Below are positions 56,017 through 64,000 of a DNA stretch of 64,000 bases, piece after piece. Position numbers and translations under genes: made by a program. A model generated the notes under the pieces. That model searched no databases, was not told the origin of the DNA, and worked only from the letters and a program-made list of their open reading frames with translations. The stretch covers positions 39,027 through 103,026 of the forward strand of contig DHFW01000002.1 in NCBI GenBank assembly GCA_002402465.1, in the 5' to 3' direction. The DNA comes from Bacteroidales bacterium UBA4814. Lineage in GTDB: Bacteria > Bacteroidota > Bacteroidia > Bacteroidales > UBA7960. Every line of letters starts with the position of its first letter. Positions within the stretch are counted from its first letter, which is position 1.

Positions 56017-56631
56017 TTAAAACAAGCCGTGAATCTCTGCGTCTATACGCTGAACGATATGACCCAGGTCGTCGGGATTCTCGCTGAATTTAATGGTGTC
56101 AACATTTACGATCAGCAGTTTTCCCAGGTCGTAGCTACTTATCCACTCCTCGTATCGTTCGTTGAGGCTTTTCAGGTAGTCGAGCCGGATGGAGTTTTCG
56201 TAATCGCGCCCCCGCTTCTGAATCTGGCTCACCAGGGTGCCCACGCTGGCTTTGAGGTATATGAGCAGGTCGGGTGGCTGAATAAAAGAACTCATGAGAT
56301 CGAACAGGCTTTTGTAATTGTCGAAATCGCGCGACGACATCAGGCCCATGGCGTGAAGGTTGGGCGCAAAAATGTTGGCATCTTCATAAATGGTGCGGTC
56401 TTGTATCACCGTTTTGGTTCCCTTGCGAATGTCGACAATCTGTCTGAAGCGGCTGTTTAGGAAATAAATCTGCAGATTGAACGACCAGCGCTGCATGTCT
56501 TCATAAAAGTTATTCAGGTATGGGTTGGTGTCCACATCTTCATAATGGGCTTCCCAGCCGTAATGTTTCGAAAGCAATGCTGCGAGCGTTGTTTTTCCTG
56601 AACCAATGTTTCCGGCAATGGCAATGTGCAT
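56017..56631 (-). CDS. deoxynucleoside kinase
   Basis: P-loop IAIAGNIGSGKTTLA directly after ATG 56631. That start removes the overlap implied by the longer track ORF. dNK-like DR..YED region. Confidence 0.85.
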   Translation of the reverse strand: MHIAIAGNIGSGKTTLAALLSKHYGWEAHYEDVDTNPYLNNFYEDMQRWSFNLQIYFLNSRFRQIVDIRKGTKTVIQDRTIYEDANIFAPNLHAMGLMSSRDFDNYKSLFDLMSSFIQPPDLLIYLKASVGTLVSQIQKRGRDYENSIRLDYLKSLNERYEEWISSYDLGKLLIVNVDTIKFSENPDDLGHIVQRIDAEIHGLF

Positions 56632-56657
56632 GTCAATTGATTTTCTTTGGTTAAAAA

Positions 56658-57482
56658 CTAAAACAGCCTGCCGGCTGCCTCGTACAAGCGGATGGCGTTC
56701 GCGGTCTGAACCCATATTGCTGAGCCCCGCACGAGCCCCGATCTGATGTTTTCTTCAGGTAACAAAAATACGGTTTCCTTATGAAGCACAAAATCAAAAA
56801 CGACCAATTCTTTCCCGGTAAACCACATAAGCTGGTTTCCCTTAACCTGAAATCTTTCTATCCCCTGTTTTTCAATCGTAAAAAGATAATTGCCGAAACT
56901 GTCGAACACCGCTATTCCTGCCTCAGGATCACTAATATATACCCGGTTGTCGGATTCAGCAATAAACGCGGGCTCGCCAAATGCCGGCAGTATCTCGAAA
57001 AAAGGCAGGCTTTGTGCCTGAAGGCGAAAGCTCTGGCTGAAAAGCTGCAGGCGCATTTGGTGGGGTGCAAACACCCAGAACCCGCCCTGGGCCGAGCTGC
57101 AAATAGCCCCGGGGAAGCCTGCCAGCATGCTGGAGGCTGTTTGCGGAGTTTCCTTTACGGCCAGGTTGCGGTCGAGCCAAACAATGTGCATAAAATCGCG
57201 GTGATAAACCATCACGTTCAGCGGGTCGCTGGCATCGACTAAATGTATTTGCCCGAAGCGCGGATTGGAATAATGCAGGTAAGTTTTGCTGGCGGGCTCA
57301 TATTTGGTGAGTCCCTCCCGGTTGGTCCAGTAAAGGTTGCCCAGAGGATCGACGGTAAAAAAATCGCTGTTGGCTGCAATGCTTTCCACCAGGGTTAGGG
57401 CGGGGCTTGATTGGGCCAAAGTTCCCTGGCCTGCCATTAACCCTAAGAAGGTAAAGAAAATATAAACGGTTAACGATCTCAA
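56658..57482 (-). CDS. hypothetical secreted protein (beta-propeller-like repeats)
   Basis: Signal peptide MRSLTVYIFFTFLGLMAGQGTLAQ. The TTG start at 57482 overlaps the GH3 stop (TTGA). No family recognised. Confidence 0.55.
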   Translation of the reverse strand: MRSLTVYIFFTFLGLMAGQGTLAQSSPALTLVESIAANSDFFTVDPLGNLYWTNREGLTKYEPASKTYLHYSNPRFGQIHLVDASDPLNVMVYHRDFMHIVWLDRNLAVKETPQTASSMLAGFPGAICSSAQGGFWVFAPHQMRLQLFSQSFRLQAQSLPFFEILPAFGEPAFIAESDNRVYISDPEAGIAVFDSFGNYLFTIEKQGIERFQVKGNQLMWFTGKELVVFDFVLHKETVFLLPEENIRSGLVRGSAIWVQTANAIRLYEAAGRLF

Positions 57483-58993
57483 TCGTTTATGAATTTAAGG
57501 ATCTCGTCAACGTATTTGCGCTCATTGTAAAGGCGCGGTACTTTGTTCTGCCCGCCAATTTTGCCCTTCGATTTGAGCCAGCGGAAAAAGGTGTCGCGGG
57601 GCACGCTGTGCACCACCGGCAACTTCAGCATCAGGTTGGAGCTGCGCTTGGCTTCATAGTCAGAGTTGAGGCCTTGCAGCTCCTGGTCGAGCACTTTAGT
57701 AAACTTTTCAAGGCTATCGGGCTCCACTTCAAATTCGATGAGGTATTCGTGGGCAGCCGATTCGTTGTCTTTCAGATAAATCGGTGCTGCCGTATATTCA
57801 GAAAGGATGGCCCCGGTGGCCTGGCAAGCTGCTTCCAGCGCCTTATCCGAATTGTCAACAATCACTTCTTCACCAAAAGCGTTGATAAAGTTTTTGGTGC
57901 GTCCACTGATTTTAATGCGGTAGGGCGAAAGGTTTGTAAACCGTATGGTGTCGCCGATCATATAACGCCACAGGCCGCCGTTGGTGGTAATTACCAGGGC
58001 ATAGTTGGTTTCGGTATCCACGCCATCGAGCGTTACCACTTTGGGGTTGGGCTTGCCAAACTCTTCCATGGGGATAAACTCATAGAAAATGCCATAGTCG
58101 AGCATCAGCAGCATTTCGTCGGAGCAAGCCCGATCCTGAATGCCAAAGAAACCTTCGGAGGCGTTGTAGGTTTCCAGGTAATACATTCGCTTTGAAGGGA
58201 TTATCTTCTGGAATTGCTCGCGGTAGGGGATAAAGCTTACTCCACCATGGTTGAAAAGCTCCAGGTTTGGCCAAACCTCCAGTATGTTGTTTCGACCGGT
58301 GATCTCCAGGATTTTTTTTAGCAGCACCAGGTTCCACGAAGGCACCCCGCTAATGCTGGTTACGTTTTCAGTAATGGTGGCTTGGGCAATCTTGCCGAGT
58401 TTCACCTCCCAGTCGTCGAGCAGTGCCAGTGAAAGGTCGGGGGTGCGAAAAAACTCGCCCCATGAGGGGAAGTTCTGCAGCAAAATGGCGGAGAGGTCGC
58501 CAGAATAGGCCCTGTTGTTGAATTCGCTGACCTTATGGCTGCCGCCCAGTACCAGGCCCTTGCCGTTGAAAACCTTGTTTTCGGGTCGGTTGTGGCAGTA
58601 AATTGCCATCACGTCTTTACCTCCCTTCAGGTGGCAGTCCTCCAAAGCTTCGTCGCTCACGGGAATAAACTTGCTTTTGTCGCTGGTGGTGCCGCTCGAT
58701 TTGGCAAACCACCGAATTTCGGTGGGCCAGATCAGGTTGTTTTCGCCCTTGCGCAATCGCTCAATGTAGGGTTTTACATCCTCATAGTCCTGAAGCGGTA
58801 CTCTTTCTTTAAAGTCTTTGTAACTGCGCATACTCGCAAAGCCGTACTTCTTTCCCCATTCGGTATCTTCCGAAAAGGTAATGAGCTTATTCAGCAAATC
58901 TTCCTGTACTTCGTGGGGGTTATCCATAAAGTATTCGATTTGCGAAATTCGCTTCTTCAGGTACCAGGAAATAACGCTGTTAATAAAGGGCAT
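57479..58993 (-). CDS. GH3 family (auxin-responsive-promoter-type acyl acid amido synthetase-like) protein
   Basis: 504 aa. N-terminus INSVISWYLKKRISQIEYFMDNPHEVQEDLLNKLI and the SSGTTSDKSKFIP adenylation-type motif are typical of bacterial GH3 proteins. Confidence 0.75.
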   Translation of the reverse strand: MPFINSVISWYLKKRISQIEYFMDNPHEVQEDLLNKLITFSEDTEWGKKYGFASMRSYKDFKERVPLQDYEDVKPYIERLRKGENNLIWPTEIRWFAKSSGTTSDKSKFIPVSDEALEDCHLKGGKDVMAIYCHNRPENKVFNGKGLVLGGSHKVSEFNNRAYSGDLSAILLQNFPSWGEFFRTPDLSLALLDDWEVKLGKIAQATITENVTSISGVPSWNLVLLKKILEITGRNNILEVWPNLELFNHGGVSFIPYREQFQKIIPSKRMYYLETYNASEGFFGIQDRACSDEMLLMLDYGIFYEFIPMEEFGKPNPKVVTLDGVDTETNYALVITTNGGLWRYMIGDTIRFTNLSPYRIKISGRTKNFINAFGEEVIVDNSDKALEAACQATGAILSEYTAAPIYLKDNESAAHEYLIEFEVEPDSLEKFTKVLDQELQGLNSDYEAKRSSNLMLKLPVVHSVPRDTFFRWLKSKGKIGGQNKVPRLYNERKYVDEILKFIND

Positions 58994-59126
58994 AAGCTAA
59001 GTTTTCAGGTTTCGGGCCAACATGCAAAAATAAGGATTTAGCTGCATAATGCACCCAAAGCAGCTATTTTAAAGTAGAATTTATTGGTAGTTATTTTCAT
59101 TTCGCATTCCTTAAGGGTAAAAGTTT

Positions 59127-59134
59127 TATATTTG
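59127..59134 (+). promoter_or_regulatory. candidate -7 box TATATTTG
   Basis: Perfect TAnnTTTG, 37 nt upstream of ATG 59171. Confidence 0.35.
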
Positions 59135-59170
59135 ATAAACCACAAGCCTTTGTCAAAATACCAAGCGGAT

Positions 59171-60049
59171 ATGGATTATATTAAAACGTTTTGTTATGAC
59201 CCCGGGCGGCCTCTGGCAGATTATGAAACTGATTTCACAGGCCCTTTCCGAAAGAAAAAAGATGCCAATGAGATTTTTCAGGAAGGCATTTTGCGCTTGC
59301 GCGAATTGCAAAGCATGATGTATGCCCAGGGCAAGCACGGGATGCTGATCATATTGCAAGCCCTTGATGCAGCGGGTAAAGATGGCATTATTAAGCATGT
59401 GATGAGCGGGGTAAACCCCCAGGGTTGCCAGGTAAAGAGTTTTAAAACCCCTTCGAGCGAAGAGCTGGCGCATGATTTTATGTGGCGCTGCCTCAAGGCT
59501 TTGCCTGAAAGGGGTAATATTGGCATTTTTAACCGCTCGTATTACGAAGAGGTGTTGGTAGTGCGCGTGCATCCTAACTTTTTGCTCAGGCAGAATATCC
59601 CGGGGCTCGAACATGTGGAGCAGGCCGACCAGGCTTTCTGGGAAACCCGCTTTCGGGATATTTCCAATTTTGAACGCTATTTTTCCAACAATGGCTACCT
59701 TGTGCTCAAGTTTTTCCTGAATGTGTCGCGCAAGGAACAGAAAAAACGCTTCCTTTCGCGCATCAACGAGCCTTCAAAAAACTGGAAGTTTACCATGGCC
59801 GATGTGAATGAGCGCCAGCATTTTGACCAGTACCAGCATGCCATCGAAGATATGCTAAGGAATACCAGCCACAGCTTTGCTCCATGGTATGTGGTTCCGG
59901 CTGATAAAAAATGGTTCATGCGCACTGCCGTTTGCCGCATTATTGTGGAGCATATGGAAAAACTTGGCCCGGCATACCCCGATGCAGGCCCAGCCCACCT
60001 GCAGGATATTGAAAAGGCGCGCATAATGCTTGAAAATGAGAAGGAGTAA
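59171..60049 (+). CDS. polyphosphate kinase 2 family (polyphosphate:nucleotide phosphotransferase)
   Basis: Walker A QALDAAGKDG and a PPK2-type lid region. ATG 59171 (MDYIKTF...) is preferred to the track start at 59084. Confidence 0.82.
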   Translation: MDYIKTFCYDPGRPLADYETDFTGPFRKKKDANEIFQEGILRLRELQSMMYAQGKHGMLIILQALDAAGKDGIIKHVMSGVNPQGCQVKSFKTPSSEELAHDFMWRCLKALPERGNIGIFNRSYYEEVLVVRVHPNFLLRQNIPGLEHVEQADQAFWETRFRDISNFERYFSNNGYLVLKFFLNVSRKEQKKRFLSRINEPSKNWKFTMADVNERQHFDQYQHAIEDMLRNTSHSFAPWYVVPADKKWFMRTAVCRIIVEHMEKLGPAYPDAGPAHLQDIEKARIMLENEKE

Positions 60050-60098
60050 ATACTAACTTCTGATAATAATCGTTTAATTTGCATATATCCCCTTCCCA

Positions 60099-61640
60099 TT
60101 GAACTTTTTCCGTAGCATAGCCGGTTTGGAAATTTACTCGAGCAAACAGCGCTGGAAGCTGTTTTTGCTTGTATTTGCCGCACTGATTGTAATCGTTTCC
60201 CTTTATTTTACCGACATCCTGGTAAAGAAAGTGGCCGAAGACGAGCGACAGAAAGTGCTGCTCTGGGCCGATGCGGTGCAGCGACAGGCCAACCTTGTGG
60301 TATATACCGAAGAGCTGTTCGAGAGTATTAAGGACGAAGAGCGCAAGCGAGTGGAGCTCTGGGCCATGGCCAACCAAAAGGTATGGGAACCCACCACCGA
60401 AAATGTCGATAATTTCTTTCTGGAAATACTGGAATCGAACACAACCATTCCGGTGCTGGCAACCGACGATGGCGGAAACGTGATTACCCACCGCAACCTC
60501 GACCCCGCATTTGGCGATCCAAGGGTGTTCGATGAGGCCTTAAAAGATTATTTTTCTGTCTACGATCCGATCCCAATCACCTATTATTCAGGCATATCAT
60601 ACGAAACCCTCTACATTTATTACCAGGATTCTCATGTCTTTACCCAGCTTCAAAGCCTTTTCGAAGACCTGATAGAATCCTTTATCTCGGAGGTGGTGGT
60701 AAACTCTGCCAATGTGCCGGTTATTATTGTTGACAATGCCAGGAGAAAAATTATTGCGGCAGGCAATATTGATCAGCCCGAGCCCGATGACAGCCTTAGT
60801 GTGAGGCAGGTAATACAGTCGCTGGCCGAAAAAAACACGCCCATCACCATTCAGTTGCCTATGTATGGCACCTGTCATGTGTTTTATTCCAACTCCTTTC
60901 TGCTTACACAACTTAAATATTATCCCATTGCACAGCTTCTGATCATTGGCATATTTCTGATTGTGGCCTATATCCTTTTCAGCACCTCGCGCAATGCTGA
61001 ACAAAACCAGGTTTGGGTAGGCATGTCGAAAGAAACGGCCCACCAGTTGGGCACTCCATTGTCGTCGCTGGTGGGCTGGCTCGAAATTCTCAAGATGAAA
61101 GGCGTGGATAAGGGTACAATTTCAGAAATTTCGAAAGATGTGAAAAGGCTGGAAAATATTACCGAGCGTTTCTCTAAAATCGGTTCTCCAGCCAAGCTGG
61201 TGCCCGTTGATATTATTGAAACCACCCGCGGGGCAGTGGAATACATGAAAAACCGCACTTCCAAAAAAGTGAAATTCAAAATTCTCTCTTCCGACAAGGA
61301 GGTGATGGTGCCGCTCAACACCAACCTTTACGAGTGGGTCATTGAAAATATTTGCAAAAATGCGGTAGATGCCATGGACGGGGTTGGAAACCTTACCATC
61401 GAAATTGAAGACCAGCCAAGGAATGTAATCATTGACATTACCGATACCGGGAAAGGCATTGTGGCATCAAAGCACAAAACCGTTTTCACGCCCGGTTACA
61501 CCAGCAAGCAAAGGGGCTGGGGCCTCGGACTGTCGCTCAGCAAGCGTATTATCGAAAACTACCATAAAGGAAAACTCTTTGTGAAAAGGTCAGAGGTAAA
61601 CAAAGGAACCACTTTCCGGATTATACTGAATAAGCAATAA
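60099..61640 (+). CDS. sensor histidine kinase (orphan; no adjacent response regulator)
   Basis: Two TM segments flank a roughly 240-aa extracytoplasmic region. H-box ETAHQLGTPLSSL, N-box ENICKNAVDA, G-boxes DTGKGI / GWGLGLS. TTG start. Confidence 0.85.
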   Translation: MNFFRSIAGLEIYSSKQRWKLFLLVFAALIVIVSLYFTDILVKKVAEDERQKVLLWADAVQRQANLVVYTEELFESIKDEERKRVELWAMANQKVWEPTTENVDNFFLEILESNTTIPVLATDDGGNVITHRNLDPAFGDPRVFDEALKDYFSVYDPIPITYYSGISYETLYIYYQDSHVFTQLQSLFEDLIESFISEVVVNSANVPVIIVDNARRKIIAAGNIDQPEPDDSLSVRQVIQSLAEKNTPITIQLPMYGTCHVFYSNSFLLTQLKYYPIAQLLIIGIFLIVAYILFSTSRNAEQNQVWVGMSKETAHQLGTPLSSLVGWLEILKMKGVDKGTISEISKDVKRLENITERFSKIGSPAKLVPVDIIETTRGAVEYMKNRTSKKVKFKILSSDKEVMVPLNTNLYEWVIENICKNAVDAMDGVGNLTIEIEDQPRNVIIDITDTGKGIVASKHKTVFTPGYTSKQRGWGLGLSLSKRIIENYHKGKLFVKRSEVNKGTTFRIILNKQ

Positions 61641-61731
61641 GCGCGAAAGCCATTGGGCTTGGCCCTTTCGTAAGAGTTTTTCGGTACCATCTTGTTTTTT
61701 TTTCTCAACTTTGTTGGATCAAAAAATTACC

Positions 61732-62442
61732 ATGAAACACAAAGTCATTCTTCTGCTTTTGCTGGGTTTTTCACTTTTTGCCGTTGGGTTTCGTTATCTG
61801 AGTGTCGACCGCATTATGCTGCAAATGCACAGTCAGAGCCTGCACAAAGGGAAAAGGGCCGATGTGAATGCCAATCTTTTTTACCAGTCGCTTGATGGCA
61901 GGCTTGTTACCCGATATACTGAGCCGGTAGATCAGGTAATGATCACCAACAACAAAGGCGAAATGGCCATATACAACGAAAAGGACAACACCGTTTATCG
62001 CACCCAGAGCCTGGAATACAGTTCCGAAAACAACCTGATTTATTTTTTCCTGCAAGGCCAAACCAGCGATCTTGGCCTTGGCCAGCTTGGATTTCAGCTA
62101 ATGGAAACCCTTTTTGAAGATGGCCTGGTTATTACCCGATGGTTTCCTCCTTCGGGCATGTATCACCTCTTTAGCCATGTAGAACTGGTACACGAAAATT
62201 ACCTGCCCATTTACACCGGATATTATGATGTAAATAAAAAACTGGTAAAAAAAGTTTTTTACACTGATTACCGCGATTTTCCCGAAATATCCCTTCCGCT
62301 AACCATTACTGAATTCAATTACCTGCCGGAAGGCGATTCCATTGTGAACAGGGTGAAGTTTTCCAACGTGCAGATAAACCATCGTGCCGTGAGTTCGTGG
62401 TTTAATTTTAAGATTCCTAATGACGCAAAAATCATTGAATAG
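61732..62442 (+). CDS. exported LolA-like protein (hypothetical)
   Basis: Signal/anchor MKHKVILLLLLGFSLFAV. The pattern ANLFYQSLDGRLVTRYTEPVDQVMITNNKGEMAIYNEKDNTVY and the ending FNFKIPNDAKII resemble LolA/LolA-like folds. This is a weak assignment by eye. Confidence 0.45.
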   Translation: MKHKVILLLLLGFSLFAVGFRYLSVDRIMLQMHSQSLHKGKRADVNANLFYQSLDGRLVTRYTEPVDQVMITNNKGEMAIYNEKDNTVYRTQSLEYSSENNLIYFFLQGQTSDLGLGQLGFQLMETLFEDGLVITRWFPPSGMYHLFSHVELVHENYLPIYTGYYDVNKKLVKKVFYTDYRDFPEISLPLTITEFNYLPEGDSIVNRVKFSNVQINHRAVSSWFNFKIPNDAKIIE

Positions 62443-62899
62443 AATTGCCGGCTTCATTTTTTTGTTGCTCCTGCTGGTTGTTGTCCAGGTTACTCCGGGT
62501 TATGGTCAGGTGGTCCGTTCTGATGTTGAACTGCTTTCGGAGAATATTTGCCCGGGTTGTAATCATAGTTCGCATGGCCATGTTGGCCTGCTTCAAACAC
62601 GGTCGGGCTCGTGGCTGGCCCGAAACAATCCGGTATCGCTTACTTTCACGGGTTTAATGTTTGTTTATCAGCGGTATATTTCTCCCCAATTGCCTTCGGA
62701 GTGCCTGTATGAAACATCTTGTTCGCACTTCAGTAAAAATCTGATCAGCGAACACGGCCTGATAAGGGGGATTGTTTTTACGGCCGACCGCCTTACGCGT
62801 TGCAACCGGGTTGCGGCCATCGATGTAAACCCCGTTGTTATTGGCCAGGAGTCGGGCAAGATACAGGAGTCTGTCGAAATCTACAAGTTGGAAAAATGA
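62420..62899 (+). CDS. YidD-family (DUF37 'haemolytic domain') protein with N-terminal extension
   Basis: The core FVYQRYISPQLPSECLYETSCSHFSKNLISEHGLIRGIVFTADRLTRCN aligns with the E. coli YidD pattern VYQR.ISP....C...TCS......G..G.....R...C. About 60 extra N-terminal residues carry a signal/TM and CPGCNHSSHGH. It overlaps the upstream gene by 23 nt. Confidence 0.7.
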   Translation: MTQKSLNRIAGFIFLLLLLVVVQVTPGYGQVVRSDVELLSENICPGCNHSSHGHVGLLQTRSGSWLARNNPVSLTFTGLMFVYQRYISPQLPSECLYETSCSHFSKNLISEHGLIRGIVFTADRLTRCNRVAAIDVNPVVIGQESGKIQESVEIYKLEK

Positions 62900-63753
62900 T
62901 CAGGGCCTTTGTTTTTGTCTGCTGTGCGCTTTTTTTTCTGAATACCTCAGCCCAGGAATCCGTGCGGCGTGAACTCGCCTTTGTCCGTCATTTGTTGAGC
63001 CGCAACGAGTTGAAGGAGAGCCTGTTTGTGCTGGAAAGGCTGCAGGCAAAAGAAACCTCACTGATAGATTCGGTTAATTATTATCACGGCTGGATTCGTT
63101 ATCAGGAAAAAGACTTGTTGCCCTCGGCAGCCTTTCTGCTTCAGGTTTCCTCCGAAAGCCCCCAGTTTGTGAAGTCACGGCTTTTCGCCTCTTACAATAT
63201 GGCACACGCAGGCCTTGTCGATACAGCTGATTCTGTTCTGGCCCGCCTTCATTTGGGCGACTCCCCAGTGCTGCAGGCTTTAACTAATTTTGAAAGGGCA
63301 GGGGTTGCCTTGCTTGGCAGGAATTATGACGAATTTTCTGAGAGGTCCCGCGATTTCTCAGGCGACTGGAATGCCTTTGCCCTGCAGGAAAGAAACCTGG
63401 TAGAATATGCCCTGACATTGAAGCAGCAGCCCGGGCGGTCGCCCGCAGTGGCTGGTCTGCTCTCGGCGGCAGTGCCAGGCTTGGGAAAAATTTATGCAGG
63501 AAAAACCGCCGAGGGAATAGCCGGATTTTTGTATGTGGGGGCCATGGCCCTTGCTTCCTGGGATTTTTACCGCAAACTGGGCTCCTCAAACGGGCTTTTT
63601 ATTGTATCTGCTTCAATAACAGGAGTTTTCTACCTCGGTAATATCTGGGGCAGTGCGGTGGCTGTGAGACGGCTGCGTAATGAGTTTAATCATGAAATGG
63701 ATCAACGCATTTTGTTTGATATGCATATTCCTTTGCGCAACATTTTTCAATAA
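62896..63753 (+). CDS. hypothetical envelope protein: signal peptide, helical-repeat region, C-terminal TM pair
   Basis: ATG 62896 overlaps the YidD-like stop (ATGA). MIRAFVFVCCALFFLNTSAQ signal. The C-terminal hydrophobic block SAAVPGLGKIYAGKTAEGIAGFLYVGAMALASW...LFIVSASITGVFYLGNIWG is DUF5683/TM2-like by eye. Confidence 0.55.
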   Translation: MIRAFVFVCCALFFLNTSAQESVRRELAFVRHLLSRNELKESLFVLERLQAKETSLIDSVNYYHGWIRYQEKDLLPSAAFLLQVSSESPQFVKSRLFASYNMAHAGLVDTADSVLARLHLGDSPVLQALTNFERAGVALLGRNYDEFSERSRDFSGDWNAFALQERNLVEYALTLKQQPGRSPAVAGLLSAAVPGLGKIYAGKTAEGIAGFLYVGAMALASWDFYRKLGSSNGLFIVSASITGVFYLGNIWGSAVAVRRLRNEFNHEMDQRILFDMHIPLRNIFQ

Positions 63754-64000
63754 AGAAAAAGTTTTTGCACAGGACAGCGAATTACAGCAGGGCGACAGTT
63801 TGTTTGCCCAAGGTAACTTTTTCGAAGCGGCCATTGCTTATGAGCGCGTGTATTTTTTATCTCCAAGTGCTGAAGAAAGAGTGGTTGCCAACCTGCGCAA
63901 AGCTGCCGCCCTAAAACAACAGGGCGAGTTTGTAAGGGTGGTGAGCGATCTTCAAAGGTCACTGCCTCATGCCGGCAATGAATCCACGCAGATCGAAATT
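63692..64000 (+). CDS. partial CDS (runs off the window): signal peptide + TPR-like protein
   Basis: Hand-translated open frame of 103 codons from ATG 63692 to the window end: MKWINAFCLICIFLCATFFNKEKVFAQDSELQQGDSLFAQGNFFEAAIAYERVYFLSPSAEERVVANLRKAAALKQQGEF... It overlaps the upstream gene by 62 nt. It is absent from the supplied track because it has no stop. Confidence 0.5.
   Translation, partial: MKWINAFCLICIFLCATFFNKEKVFAQDSELQQGDSLFAQGNFFEAAIAYERVYFLSPSAEERVVANLRKAAALKQQGEFVRVVSDLQRSLPHAGNESTQIEI

Overview
This window looks like an ordinary core-chromosome region of a Bacteroidota-type genome. The evidence is the dcw gene order without murF, a gldB-like lipoprotein, TAnnTTTG-type -7 boxes, a GH3-family gene and a glycine-lipid-type acyltransferase pair. 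It is densely coding. I found no rRNA, tRNA, CRISPR array, transposase, integrase or recognisable defence genes.

Gene content, left to right:
- A carboxynorspermidine synthase / nspC polyamine pair, split by a small inserted cassette.
- A decayed flavin-reductase gene.
- Several exported peptidases (M49-like, M28-PDZ, C69, S9).
- gpsA, pyrBI, a COG2403/cDPG-synthetase-like P-loop protein, argS, an AbgT transporter, ispE, an AsmA-like protein, an RluB-like pseudouridine synthase and an SRAP peptidase.
- A complete minus-strand dcw cluster, mraZ-rsmH-ftsL-ftsI-murE-mraY-murD-ftsW-murG-murC-ftsQ-ftsA-ftsZ (29.8-45.1 kb).
- An acyltransferase pair, engB, gldB, nadE, NifU/Mrp Fe-S carriers, an ATL-type MGMT protein, trmB, a SPOR protein, kdsB, a deoxynucleoside kinase, a GH3-family gene, PPK2 and an orphan histidine kinase.
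- At the right edge, four overlapping envelope-type genes (LolA-like, YidD-like, a membrane protein, a TPR-like protein).

The least ordinary observations are:
1. A four-helix-bundle (23S-IVS-type) ORF sits inside the polyamine operon. It is bracketed by a telomere-like GGGTTAGGG/CCCTAAACCC inverted repeat and is itself broken by an A8 frameshift.
2. Three perfect 10-bp GTGGTAAAAA repeats upstream of mraZ look like a MraZ operator.
3. The LolA-like/YidD-like gene set at 61.7-64.0 kb is translationally coupled.
4. Duplicated TTTTTCGAAAAA palindromes lie upstream of gpsA.
5. A 54-nt coding tandem repeat lies in the N-terminus of the RluB-like protein.

I cannot claim a clearly novel multi-gene system here. 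All functional calls rest on motif and family recognition by eye, not on searches.
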